Below are positions 28,750 to 38,118 of a DNA stretch of 64,000 bases, one piece after another; position 1 is the first letter of the stretch; each line of letters starts with the position of its first letter. The position numbers were made by a program, and so were the translations under genes. The stretch is from Alphaproteobacteria bacterium (GTDB taxonomy: Bacteria; Pseudomonadota; Alphaproteobacteria; UBA828). The notes under the pieces were generated by a model that did not search any database, was not told the origin of the DNA, and saw only the letters and a list, made by a program, of their open reading frames with translations. The DNA lies in the NCBI GenBank assembly GCA_965220745.1, contig CBDCQT010000013.1, positions 544,001-608,000 on the forward strand, read 5' to 3'.

Positions 28750-29646
28750 CTACATGTACGCCAGGCGATTGCCGGCGACCTTGAGCGCGATCCGGTAGAC
28801 CGAGGTCGAGCAGGTGCAGTAGAGCTCGTTCCACCCGGTGCCGCCCCAGTTGAGGTTGGCCGAGTGCTCCGGCATCCCGATCACGCCGAGGTGCTCGCCG
28901 TCCGGCGCGTAAACCCAGAAGCCGCGCGGGCCGGTGACGTAGACGTTGCCCTGCTCGTCGCACTTCATACCGTCGACCACGCCGTTCTCCAGCACACCGT
29001 CACCGACATTTTCGGCAAACATGCGCCCGTTGGAGAGCGAGCCGTCCTCGCCCACGTCGAACACCCGGATGTGCGCGCGGGTCGTGTCGTTGACGTAAAG
29101 GATGCTCTCGTCCGGCGAGAAGCAGAGGCCGTTCGGCTGGTCGAAGTCATCGACCTCGCAGTGGACTTCGCCGTTGGTCGCGACGCGGAAGACCGCCTGG
29201 AAGCCCAGCTCCCGCTCTCGTTCTTCGCCGAAGACCGGCATGCGGCCGTACCACGGATCGGAGAAATAGACCGAGCCGTCTGACTTCACCACCACGTCGT
29301 TGGGGCTGTTCAGCTCCTTGCCGTCGTAATGCGAGGCCAGCACCTGGCGTTCGCCTGACGGAGTCTCGCGAGCCAGCACGCTGGTCACATGCTCGCAGAT
29401 GTAGAGGTTGAGGTCGGCATCCAGCGTCATGCCGTTGCCCTTGTTGTTGGGGTGGCGCACGTCGCTCGCGCCGTCAGCCGCGCTCCAGCGCCGGCGCGTG
29501 TCCGCCGGGATGTCGCTGAAGTAGAGGCATTGCTCGCCGGGGTGCCAGATCGGCCCCTCGGTGAACTGGAAGCCCGTGCAAATCTGGTCGACGCTGGCAT
29601 CCTCGGCCACGAGGTCCAGCAGCCTCGGTGAATTGACCTCGATCAT
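28750..29646 (-). CDS. SMP-30/gluconolactonase family protein
   Basis: FTEGPIW, LNSPNDV, PNGLCFSPD, DGMKCD. Confidence 0.9.
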   Translation of the reverse strand: MIEVNSPRLLDLVAEDASVDQICTGFQFTEGPIWHPGEQCLYFSDIPADTRRRWSAADGASDVRHPNNKGNGMTLDADLNLYICEHVTSVLARETPSGERQVLASHYDGKELNSPNDVVVKSDGSVYFSDPWYGRMPVFGEERERELGFQAVFRVATNGEVHCEVDDFDQPNGLCFSPDESILYVNDTTRAHIRVFDVGEDGSLSNGRMFAENVGDGVLENGVVDGMKCDEQGNVYVTGPRGFWVYAPDGEHLGVIGMPEHSANLNWGGTGWNELYCTCSTSVYRIALKVAGNRLAYM

Positions 29647-29724
29647 CTTCTCATCTCCCTTTGCGGCGACGCGCCTCGCTCACGCCCGGCGGCGGCCCGA
29701 TCCTATCACTTCGTGTCGCCGATG

Positions 29725-30129
29725 CTATGCCGCACCAGCACCGATGATGGCGTCGGCATCCACCTCGACCAGCATCTCCGGCGAGACAAGGGCCGCGACC
29801 TCCACCAGAGTCGAGCACGGGAAGTCGCCCGTGAAGAACTCCCGCCGCGCTTCGAGGAAGGCCGGGCGGTCGCGTTCCAGGTTCGACAGATACACCCGCA
29901 TCCGGACGATGTCGGCAAGGCTGCCGCCGGCGGCTTCGAGATAGTGCCGGATGTTGCGGAAGATGATGCGCGACTGTTCGCCCGGATCGCCCACCGCGAG
30001 CACGTTGAAGTCCGCGTCCACCGCCACGAGGCCAGCGACATAGACCTGGTTGCCGCAGCGCAGGCAGTTGGACCAGAGGCCGGGAGCCGGCTCGGCCACA
30101 TGGGGCGTTCGCACGCGTTCGATCGCCAT
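29725..30129 (-). CDS. RidA/YjgF family protein
   Basis: VYVAGL, LEAAGGSLADIV, STLVEVAAL...LVEVDA. Confidence 0.85.
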   Translation of the reverse strand: MAIERVRTPHVAEPAPGLWSNCLRCGNQVYVAGLVAVDADFNVLAVGDPGEQSRIIFRNIRHYLEAAGGSLADIVRMRVYLSNLERDRPAFLEARREFFTGDFPCSTLVEVAALVSPEMLVEVDADAIIGAGAA

Positions 30130-30176
30130 CGTCGTTCCTTCCCTTCTGTCACGTCCCTGCCGGCGGCGCAGCCCGG

Positions 30177-31073
30177 CTACAGCCGGTAAAGCCGCCGCGC
30201 GGTGCCGGCGAATATCTGCGCCTGATCCGCCTCGCTCAAGTGGGCCAGCGCCGGCCGGTAGGCGCCGATCAGGCTCGCGTAGTCGGTCCACAGCTTCTCG
30301 ATGGGGAAGTTGCTGCCATAGAGGCAGCGCTTCGGACCGAAGAGTTCCACCGTCTCGCGCACCGTGCGCGCGATGTGGGCTTGGTCCACCCGGTGGATGA
30401 AGGTGCCGAGCCCCGAGAGCTTGACGGAGACGCTGGGCACGGCGGCGAGCCTCTCCATGCCCTCGCGCCAGGCCTGCCAGCCCTCGGGCGTGAGGTTCTC
30501 CGGCATTCCGCAGTGGGCGAGCACCATCGGCACGTCGGGGAAGGCTTTGGCGAAGGCGGCGCCGTCTGCCATCTGCGCGGTGAAGATCTGCAGCTCGAAG
30601 ACGAGACTGTGATCGGCCAGCAGCCCGACGTTGCGGCGCAGCGCAGCATCGTTCATCACCGCAGGCCCGTCGGCGAAGCGGTATTGCTCGTGCTCGTGCC
30701 AGTGAAGCTGCATGCGGATTCCGCGCAGCAGCGGGTACTGGCTCTGCGCCTTGAGCACGTCTCCAACGTCCGGGTCGCGTAGATCGGCATAGCCCACGAT
30801 AGCGTGAGGGTAGCCGATGCGGTCGGCCTCGGCCTGCACCCACGCCACCTCGTCGACGGCTTGTGCGGGCGCCCAGTTGGCCTGCACGTAGATCGACTGC
30901 GCGACGCCGCTCCCTTCGATGTCGCTCAGATACTCCTCGATCGCATAGTCGCGCCGGATCGGCTCGTAGGGGCCGAAGATGCGTGGCTGCATCGGCCCCA
31001 TGAGCCACGGCAGGTCGCGCTGGCGCCAGATGTGGTGATGAGCGTCGACAATCCCGTTCATGGTGGCCCGCAT
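30177..31073 (-). CDS. Amidohydrolase_2 family (lactonase-like) protein
   Basis: IVDAHHHIW, LAHCG, VKLSG, FGPKRCLYGSNFP. Confidence 0.88.
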   Translation of the reverse strand: MRATMNGIVDAHHHIWRQRDLPWLMGPMQPRIFGPYEPIRRDYAIEEYLSDIEGSGVAQSIYVQANWAPAQAVDEVAWVQAEADRIGYPHAIVGYADLRDPDVGDVLKAQSQYPLLRGIRMQLHWHEHEQYRFADGPAVMNDAALRRNVGLLADHSLVFELQIFTAQMADGAAFAKAFPDVPMVLAHCGMPENLTPEGWQAWREGMERLAAVPSVSVKLSGLGTFIHRVDQAHIARTVRETVELFGPKRCLYGSNFPIEKLWTDYASLIGAYRPALAHLSEADQAQIFAGTARRLYRL

Positions 31074-31082
31074 GGTGGCCCG
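31059..31082. repeat. 12-bp tandem duplication CATGGTGGCCCG x2
   Basis: Exact copies at 31059-70 and 31071-82, duplicating the minus-strand ATG. Confidence 0.8.
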
Positions 31083-31164
31083 AGACGGCCGCAGGCGCCA
31101 GAGCCGGTGGTGAACACACCTGGAAGCTGTTGACGGCGCCCATGGTCGCGCTTAGGTCATCCAG

Positions 31165-31407
31165 ATGCGCGTAGTCAACATCAGCCAAGCGAAGGCCCTT
31201 CTGTCGCGTCTCGTCGAAGAGGCAGTCGACGGGGAGGAGATCGTCATCACCAAGCACAACCGGCCGGTGGCACGCCTGGTCGCGCTGGAAGGCTCGGCGC
31301 TCCCGCGCAAGCCCGGTGGCTGGGAGGGCCAAGTCTGGATGGCCGACGACTTCGACGTCCCACTGCGGAAGGCGTTTGAGGACTCGTTCTACGGCGGCGA
31401 CGATTAG
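31165..31407 (+). CDS. Phd/YefM-family type II antitoxin (no cognate toxin adjacent)
   Basis: VNISQAKALLSRLV...GEEIVITKHNRPVARLV...RKPG...MADDFD. Confidence 0.9.
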   Translation: MRVVNISQAKALLSRLVEEAVDGEEIVITKHNRPVARLVALEGSALPRKPGGWEGQVWMADDFDVPLRKAFEDSFYGGDD

Positions 31408-31498
31408 AAGCCTTGCTCCTCCTGATCCCTGTGCACCCCGCCCGCAACGCGGCTGCCAGCCGACTCATGACACCCAAAAGCCAGGATGAGGTGACCCC

Positions 31499-32251
31499 AT
31501 GAACAGCATCGACTTGAACGGCCGGCGGGCCATCGTGACCGGCGGCGCCCAGGGGCTCGGGCGCGCCATCGGCGAGCGGCTGCAGGCCTCCGGCGCCGCC
31601 GTCTACGTCTGGGACTTCGACCCCGCCGCCATGGCGGCGGCGCAGACGGACTGGCCCGGCGGAGGCCCGGCGGGGTGGATCGAGGTCGATGTCTCGGACC
31701 CCGATGGAGTGGAGGCAGCGCTCCGCGAGACCCAGGCCAGCGCCGGCGGCATCCACATCCTGGTCAACAACGCCGGCATCTCCGGCCCCAACATGCCGAC
31801 CTGGGAGTATCCCGTCGACGACTGGCGCCGGGTGATCGACATCGACCTCAATGGCCCCTACCTGGTGTGCCGCGCCGTGGTGCCGCTGATGAAGGAGGCG
31901 GGCTGGGGGCGGATCGTCAACATCGCCTCGGTGGCCGGCAAGGAGGGCAACCCCAACGCGCCCGCCTACAGCGCGGCGAAGGGCGGCCTGATCGCGCTCA
32001 CCAAGAGCCTGGGCAAGGAGCTCGCGGGCTCCGGCGTCCTTGTGAATTGCGTCACCCCTGCGGCGGTCGAGACCCGCATCTTCGACCAGATGACGCAGGC
32101 ACACATCGACATGATGAAGTCGAAGATCCCGATGGGTCGCTTCGGCCTGCCGAAGGAGATCGCCGCCATGGTCGCCTGGCTCTGCTCCGAGGACTGCTCG
32201 TTCTCCACCGGCGGCGTGTTCGACCTCTCCGGCGGCCGCGCAACGTATTAG
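31499..32251 (+). CDS. SDR-family NAD(P)-dependent oxidoreductase
   Basis: TGGAQGLG, NNAG, YSAAK, DLSGGRATY. Confidence 0.9.
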   Translation: MNSIDLNGRRAIVTGGAQGLGRAIGERLQASGAAVYVWDFDPAAMAAAQTDWPGGGPAGWIEVDVSDPDGVEAALRETQASAGGIHILVNNAGISGPNMPTWEYPVDDWRRVIDIDLNGPYLVCRAVVPLMKEAGWGRIVNIASVAGKEGNPNAPAYSAAKGGLIALTKSLGKELAGSGVLVNCVTPAAVETRIFDQMTQAHIDMMKSKIPMGRFGLPKEIAAMVAWLCSEDCSFSTGGVFDLSGGRATY

Positions 32252-32289
32252 CCGCGCGCGCCACGCAAAAGGGCCGCGCGACGTATTGA
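32234..32289 (+). repeat. Direct repeat of the SDR gene 3' end
   Basis: GGCCGCGCAACGTATTAG (32234-51) and GGCCGCGCGACGTATTGA (32272-89), both reading GRATY*. Confidence 0.7.
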
Positions 32290-32359
32290 CCGGCCCCACC
32301 TGCACCACCACACTCGCCGCGCCCGAGGCACCACCGCGCCCAACGTCAAGAGGGAGACC

Positions 32360-33124
32360 ATGAAGGAGCACGAGGAAGGCTATTCGATGCCGCTTGCGGC
32401 GCCGACCTTCACGAAGCCGCCGTTCTACGCGACGCCCGACAGCAAGATTCTGATGATGGCCTACCGCGCCGATCCCGACGCGGTCGCCTTCGAGGTGCCG
32501 GAGCCGCTGGAGCCGGTCGAGCCCAACCTCGTGCTCGCCTGGCTCGGCGACATGGGTCAGCCGACCCACTCGGTCGAGCTCTACCACGAGTGCCTGACCG
32601 GCATCATGGTCCGCTACAAGGAGTGGACGGGCTGGTATATCAACTACATCTGGGTCGACAACGACATGGCGCTCACCTTCGAGCGTGAGATCTACGGCTG
32701 GCCCGCTAACCTGTGCGACACCACGCCGCTCAAGTTCTACGGCAGCCAGGTGATCGGCCACTGCGACCGCGCCGGCGAGTGCCTCATGCGGCTCAGCATG
32801 AACGTCACCAGCCCGCCGCCGATCCGCCGCGCCGACAGCGCCATCGAGGACCGCTTCGCAGAGCTGGTCGATGCCGACTTCCTGCAGATTCGCAAGATCC
32901 CCAACCCCGAGGAAGGCGGCAAGCCGATCAAGCAGCTGCTCCTGATCCGGCCCGAGGACTTCGCGCTGCACGAGATATGGACCGGCACCGGCCATCTTGA
33001 GCTCGGTCGCTCCGGCCTCTACCCGCATCTCCACCGGCTCGCGCCGGTCAAGATACTGGAGACCTGGTACCTCAAGGCCTCTTGGGTCGTGCCCTACCCG
33101 AAGGTGATCTGGGACAACGGTTAG
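32360..33124 (+). CDS. Acetoacetate-decarboxylase-like superfamily protein
   Basis: MPLAAP, VPEPLEP, YHE, IWVDND, REIYGWP. Confidence 0.8.
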   Translation: MKEHEEGYSMPLAAPTFTKPPFYATPDSKILMMAYRADPDAVAFEVPEPLEPVEPNLVLAWLGDMGQPTHSVELYHECLTGIMVRYKEWTGWYINYIWVDNDMALTFEREIYGWPANLCDTTPLKFYGSQVIGHCDRAGECLMRLSMNVTSPPPIRRADSAIEDRFAELVDADFLQIRKIPNPEEGGKPIKQLLLIRPEDFALHEIWTGTGHLELGRSGLYPHLHRLAPVKILETWYLKASWVVPYPKVIWDNG

Positions 33125-33149
33125 ACGACCACTGGTCGCGGGGCGCTGA

Positions 33150-34181
33150 TCAGGTCGAGATCATCTTTTTCTCGATGCCGACGCCGGCCTCCACCGCGCG
33201 CTGATACTCGAGCGGCACGGTCGCCGAATCCTGGATCGCGATTCCGGTTGAATCGAAGAGCGTGATCTCGGTGTCGTCCCGCCGGCCCTCCAGCCGGCCG
33301 CAGATGACGGCGCCGATCTCGCCGGCCACGTCGTCCGGCCCGATGACGCCCTCTGTAATCGGCACGTTGATCTCGCCGTCGGGCACGCATTGCCGGATGT
33401 CGTCAACGAAGATGCGGGCGCGGGCCGCAATCGCGCTTTCCAGCTCCTGATTGCCCGCGAGGTCGGAACCCAAGGCCGCGACGTGGGTGCCGTCGGCGAT
33501 CCATGCGTCGCGAACCACGGGATCCGCGCCGGTGGTCGTGGTCACGACCGCATCGGCGCCCCGCACCACTGCCTCCAGATCGGTCGACGCCACCAGGGTG
33601 AGGTCCGGATGGCGCGGCGCCTCGCTCGCCATGAAGGCATCGAGCGTAGCCTGCGTCCGGCTCCACACGCGCACCTCCGACCACTCGCGGACCGCCGCGC
33701 AGGTTCGGAGCGAGCCAATGCCCACGTCGCCCGCGCCCACCAGCGCCAGCACCGACGCATCCTTGCGCGCGAGCCAGCGGATCGAGACCGCCGCCGATGC
33801 GCCGGTGCGCATCATGGTGTGGTAGCTGCCGTCCACGATAGCCAGGGGAAAGCCGGTCTCGGGCTCGGTGTAGACCAGGATCGAGAACACCGTCGGCAGG
33901 TCGAACTTCGCGCGGTTGTGCTCGCGGATCGAGACCCATTTGCAGGCAGCCGCCTCGGTCACGCCCGCGCCCGCCGGCTCCTCGATGTAGGAGGGCATCA
34001 CCTCCCACTCCCCCGGATACTTGTCGAGCACGATGTGGCCCTTGGGCTCCAGGTAGCAGCGCCCCTCGCCGTGCCGGCGGAACGCGGTCTCGACGCAATC
34101 GACGTATTCGCCGGGATCCAGCAGGCCCATCATGTCGGTCCGGCTGAGGATCAGGGTCTTGCGGTTGCGCCAGCTGGTCAT
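33150..34181 (-). CDS. Ornithine cyclodeaminase/mu-crystallin family (imine reductase/alanine dehydrogenase-like)
   Basis: MRTGA, GAGDVG, GSD...QEL, ITLFDSTGIAIQD. Confidence 0.88.
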   Translation of the reverse strand: MTSWRNRKTLILSRTDMMGLLDPGEYVDCVETAFRRHGEGRCYLEPKGHIVLDKYPGEWEVMPSYIEEPAGAGVTEAAACKWVSIREHNRAKFDLPTVFSILVYTEPETGFPLAIVDGSYHTMMRTGASAAVSIRWLARKDASVLALVGAGDVGIGSLRTCAAVREWSEVRVWSRTQATLDAFMASEAPRHPDLTLVASTDLEAVVRGADAVVTTTTGADPVVRDAWIADGTHVAALGSDLAGNQELESAIAARARIFVDDIRQCVPDGEINVPITEGVIGPDDVAGEIGAVICGRLEGRRDDTEITLFDSTGIAIQDSATVPLEYQRAVEAGVGIEKKMIST

Positions 34182-36535
34182 GTTGCGTCGGTTCCTTCCT
34201 TTGGCCCGGCGTGGGATCGCCCGCGCAGGATGCGCCAGATCGCCTCGGGCGTGGCCGGCATGGCGACCGCGTCGTGGCCGCCGTGGTCCCGCAGCGCGTC
34301 GGCCACCGCGTTCATCACCGCCGCCGGCGCCACGATCGAGCCGGCCTCGCCCAAGCCCTTCACGCCTAGCGGGTTGGTGAGGCACGGTATCACGGCGAAC
34401 TGCCCGTCCAGGAACGGCAGGTCGTCGGCGCGTGGCAGCGTGTAGTCCATGAACGAGCCGGCCAGCAGCTGCCCGTCCCCCTCGTCGTAGACCGCGTGCT
34501 CGGTCAATGCCTGGCCGATGCCTTGCGCGATGGCGCCGTGGTTCTGGCCTTCCGCCAGAAGCGGATTGAGAATCCGCCCGAAGTCGTCCACGGTGGTGTA
34601 GTACAAGATCCGCACCCGGCCGGTGGCCCGCTCGATCTCCACCTCGCACACGTGGCAGCCGTTGGCGAAGGTCACGGCGCGGCCCACGTGATTGGCCTCG
34701 CAATCGAGGCCGAGCGTCTCCGCCTCCGGCCGGACCGTCGGATCGAACGAGGCGCGCGCTACCTCGGCGAAACCGAGCGAACGGTCGGTGCCGGCGATGC
34801 GGTAGCGCCCGCCCTCGAAGCGCACGTCCGCCTCCCGCGCCTCCAGCAGCGCGGCGGCAACGGCGCGCCCGCGCTCCGCCGCTTCGTCCGCCGCGCGCAG
34901 CACTGCGTTGCCGCCATAGGCGAAGCTGCGCGAGCCGCTGGAGCCGCTGCCGTGGGCGATGAAGTCGGTGTCTCCCTGCCGCACGCGGATGTGGCCAATG
35001 GGAATGCCGAGACGGTCGGCGACGATCTGGGCATACGCCGTCTCGTGCCCCTGCCCCGTCGACTGGCTGCCGATGAGCAGCGTCGCAGCACCTTCGGCGT
35101 CGAAGCGCAGCGCCACCCATTGGTTGCGGTTGGCGCCGCAGGGATCGACGTAGAAGGCCAACCCGATGCCACGCAGATACGCCCCCTCCCCCGCAGCAGC
35201 CTCGCGCCCACGCGCCGCGCGCCAGCCGCTCACATCACATGCCTTCTCCAAAATCGCGGGGAAGTCGCCCGAATCGTAGGTGTGCCCCAGCGGGGTTCGG
35301 TAGGGCATGGCGTCGGCGGCAACCATGTTGCGCCGGCGCAGCGCGGCAGGATCGAGACCCGATTCGTGCGCCGCCTTGTCGATCAGACGCTCCAGCAGAT
35401 AGACGTTCTCGGGCCTGCCGGCGCCGCGATAGGCGTCCGTTGGCGCCGTGTTGGTGTAGGCGGCGCGCACGCGGACATGGAGCGCCGGCGTCCGGTAGGG
35501 GCCGATCAGCGCGCGGGTGCCGCCCACGGTGGCGACGGAGGGCCCGTAGTTGGAGGCATAGGCACCGAGGTTGGCGACGCTCTCGATCGCCAGAGCGAGA
35601 AACCGCCCATCTGCGTCCAGCGCGAGAGTCGCGCGCGAGCGGAGGTCCCGGCCCTGGTGGTCGCTCGCCATGGCCTCGCCGCGCTCTGCAACCCATTTCA
35701 CCGGGCGCCCGAGCCTGCGCGCAGCGAACAGCACCAGCGCGTACTCGGGATAGACCCAGAGCTTGACCCCGAAGGCGCCGCCCACATCGGGCGTCACCAC
35801 GCGCACCCGCTGCACCGGCACCTTCAGCACGTGCTTGGCCAGGACGTTCCGCACCAGGTGGACGCCCTGCGTGCCCGCGGTCAGCGTGTAAATGCCGCTG
35901 CCGGGATCGTAAGCGCCGAGCGCCGCCCGGGTCTCCATGGGGCAGACGCTGACCCGCTGGTTGCGGGCCTCCAGGCTGACGCGGTGGGCCGCAGCGGCCA
36001 GCGCCGCCTCCACCGCCGTCCGGTCACCCAGTTCCCAGTCCAGGCAGAGATTACCCGGCGCCTCGGCGTGGAGCGCGGGCGCGTCCTCACGCAGCGCGGC
36101 CTCGGCATCCGTGACCGCGGGCAGCGGCCGGTAATCGACAGTGACCGCCTCGGCCGCCTCTTGCGCCTCGGCGGCGCTCTCCGCCGCCACGAAGGCGACC
36201 GGATCGCCCACCACGCGAACCCGCCCCGCCGCGAGCACCGGACGCGGCGGCAGGCAGGCAGCGCTGCCGTCGGCACCCTTGGGCGCCATCACGCAGGGAA
36301 TCGCCCCGATCCCGGCGTCGGCCAGATCGGCGGCGGTGTAGACCGCTAGCACCCCTGACATGGCCGCCGCGGCACCGGTATCGATGGCGCCCAGCTCGGC
36401 ATGGGCGTGGGGCGAGCGCACCACCGAGCCCCAGACTTGGCGTGGCAGCGCGAGGTCGTCGAGATAGCGCCCGCGGCCGGTGAGGAAGCGCTCGTCTTCC
36501 AGCCGCCGCTCCGCCCCGCCGATACCGTCCGTCAT
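34178..36535 (-). CDS. Xanthine-dehydrogenase-family molybdopterin subunit (form II CoxL-like)
   Basis: RLEDERFLTGRGRY, DVGGAFGVK, AYRGAGRPE, GQGHET, NPLGVKGLGE. Confidence 0.9.
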   Translation of the reverse strand: MTDGIGGAERRLEDERFLTGRGRYLDDLALPRQVWGSVVRSPHAHAELGAIDTGAAAAMSGVLAVYTAADLADAGIGAIPCVMAPKGADGSAACLPPRPVLAAGRVRVVGDPVAFVAAESAAEAQEAAEAVTVDYRPLPAVTDAEAALREDAPALHAEAPGNLCLDWELGDRTAVEAALAAAAHRVSLEARNQRVSVCPMETRAALGAYDPGSGIYTLTAGTQGVHLVRNVLAKHVLKVPVQRVRVVTPDVGGAFGVKLWVYPEYALVLFAARRLGRPVKWVAERGEAMASDHQGRDLRSRATLALDADGRFLALAIESVANLGAYASNYGPSVATVGGTRALIGPYRTPALHVRVRAAYTNTAPTDAYRGAGRPENVYLLERLIDKAAHESGLDPAALRRRNMVAADAMPYRTPLGHTYDSGDFPAILEKACDVSGWRAARGREAAAGEGAYLRGIGLAFYVDPCGANRNQWVALRFDAEGAATLLIGSQSTGQGHETAYAQIVADRLGIPIGHIRVRQGDTDFIAHGSGSSGSRSFAYGGNAVLRAADEAAERGRAVAAALLEAREADVRFEGGRYRIAGTDRSLGFAEVARASFDPTVRPEAETLGLDCEANHVGRAVTFANGCHVCEVEIERATGRVRILYYTTVDDFGRILNPLLAEGQNHGAIAQGIGQALTEHAVYDEGDGQLLAGSFMDYTLPRADDLPFLDGQFAVIPCLTNPLGVKGLGEAGSIVAPAAVMNAVADALRDHGGHDAVAMPATPEAIWRILRGRSHAGPKEGTDAT

Positions 36536-36635
36536 CCCGTCCCCGCATTGCCGTGCGTGCGCGCGCACGTTAGATAGCCGGGCGCCCGGCCGCAAACGGC
36601 GGGATTAACCAGGACAAGATGGGACGCACGGGGAC

Positions 36636-38108
36636 GTGGCAAGCGGGGACGACGGCTACGACGTGATCGTGGTGGGCTGCGGCATCGCCGGCCTGTCCGC
36701 CGCCGTCAGCGCCCAGCAGGCCGGCGCCCGCGTCGCGCTGCTGGAGCGCGCGCCCAGGGAGGAGCGCGGCGGCAACACCCGCTACACCGAATCCTTCTGG
36801 CGGATGCGGAGCCACGACGAGGTCTCCGAGGATTTTCTGGAACGCTTCGCCGAGAACGCCGGCGGCCACCTCGACCCCGCCGTGATCGAGGACAGCGTCA
36901 GGCCCTATGACCAATGGCCGAGGCTCCTGCGCGGCCTTGGCTTCGTCGATCCCGAACTGGTCACCACGCTCGCCGACAACGCCGGGCCGACGCTCCGCTG
37001 GCTTACCGGCTTCGGCGTCGCGTTCGACTTCCTGCCCAACTACTTCATTACCGAGAGCACCACCCGCATGGCGCCGGCGGGCGGCGGCCTCGCCCTGGTG
37101 GAGGCGCTCGCTGCCCACGCCGAAACCATGCCGGGGCGTATCGTCATCCACTACGAGACCACGGCGCGGCGCCTCATCCAGGACGACACCGGCCGCGTGA
37201 CCGGCGTCGAGGCGACCGGCGCCCGCAACCGCACCATGCGCCTCCCCGCCCGCGCCGTCGTGCTGGCTTCCGGCGGCTTCGAGGGCAACCCCGAAATGCT
37301 GAGCCGCTATCTCGGCCCGCAGAGCCAGTTCATCCGCCCGGTCGCGCGCGGCGGCTACTACAACCGGGGCGAGGGCATCCGCATGGCGCTGGAGATCGGC
37401 GCGGCCCCCTGCGGCGACTACGGCAGCTTCCACGCCCAGCCGGTCGATCCCCGCTCCGGCCAGCACGAGCCCGTGGTGCTCAACTACCCCTACGGCATCC
37501 TGGTGAACCGCGAGGGCCGCCGCTTCGTCGACGAGGCGCCGGCGACCGTGGACGCGAGCTACGAGGCTGCCTCGCGCCGGATGATGGCGCAGACCGAGGG
37601 CATCGCCTTCGCCGTCACCGACGCCAGGCTCGACGACGTGCCCAACTGGCAGAAGTCCGTGCGCACCGACCAGCCGCCGGTGGAGGTGGAGACCCCGGCG
37701 GCGCTGGCCCAGGCGCTCGGCATCGATGGCGAGGGTCTCGCGCGCACGCTCGGCGACTACAACGCCGCCTGCCGCGCGGAAGACGGCTTCACCCCCCTCG
37801 CCCTCGACGGTCTCGGCACCGACGGCCTCTTGCCGCGCAAGTCCAACTGGGCCAGGCCGGTAGACCGGCCGCCCTATCGCGCCTGGCCGATCATCGCCGC
37901 CAACTGCTTCACCTTCGGCGGGCTGAAGATCAACGCCGCTGCCCAGGTGCTCAACACCGACGGCGAGACCATCCCCGGCCTCTACGCCGCCGGCGAGACC
38001 GCCGGCCTCTACTACCGCACCTACACCGGCTCCACCTCGGTGATGCGGGGCGCGGTCTTCGGCCGGATCGCGGGCCTCGACGCGGCTGCGCGCAAGAACC
38101 GCCCGTGA
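36636..38108 (+). CDS. FAD-dependent tricarballylate dehydrogenase (TcuA)-like flavoprotein
   Basis: VVGCGIAG, RGGNTRYT, ASGGFEGN, GILVNREGRRFVDE, FTFGGL, GLYAAGE. Confidence 0.82.
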   Translation: MASGDDGYDVIVVGCGIAGLSAAVSAQQAGARVALLERAPREERGGNTRYTESFWRMRSHDEVSEDFLERFAENAGGHLDPAVIEDSVRPYDQWPRLLRGLGFVDPELVTTLADNAGPTLRWLTGFGVAFDFLPNYFITESTTRMAPAGGGLALVEALAAHAETMPGRIVIHYETTARRLIQDDTGRVTGVEATGARNRTMRLPARAVVLASGGFEGNPEMLSRYLGPQSQFIRPVARGGYYNRGEGIRMALEIGAAPCGDYGSFHAQPVDPRSGQHEPVVLNYPYGILVNREGRRFVDEAPATVDASYEAASRRMMAQTEGIAFAVTDARLDDVPNWQKSVRTDQPPVEVETPAALAQALGIDGEGLARTLGDYNAACRAEDGFTPLALDGLGTDGLLPRKSNWARPVDRPPYRAWPIIAANCFTFGGLKINAAAQVLNTDGETIPGLYAAGETAGLYYRTYTGSTSVMRGAVFGRIAGLDAAARKNRP

Positions 38109-38118
38109 CGAGCCCGAC

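Noticed and set aside
34178-36535. Aerobic CO dehydrogenase
   Set aside because: Lacks form-I AYxCSFR motif and coxMS/accessory genes
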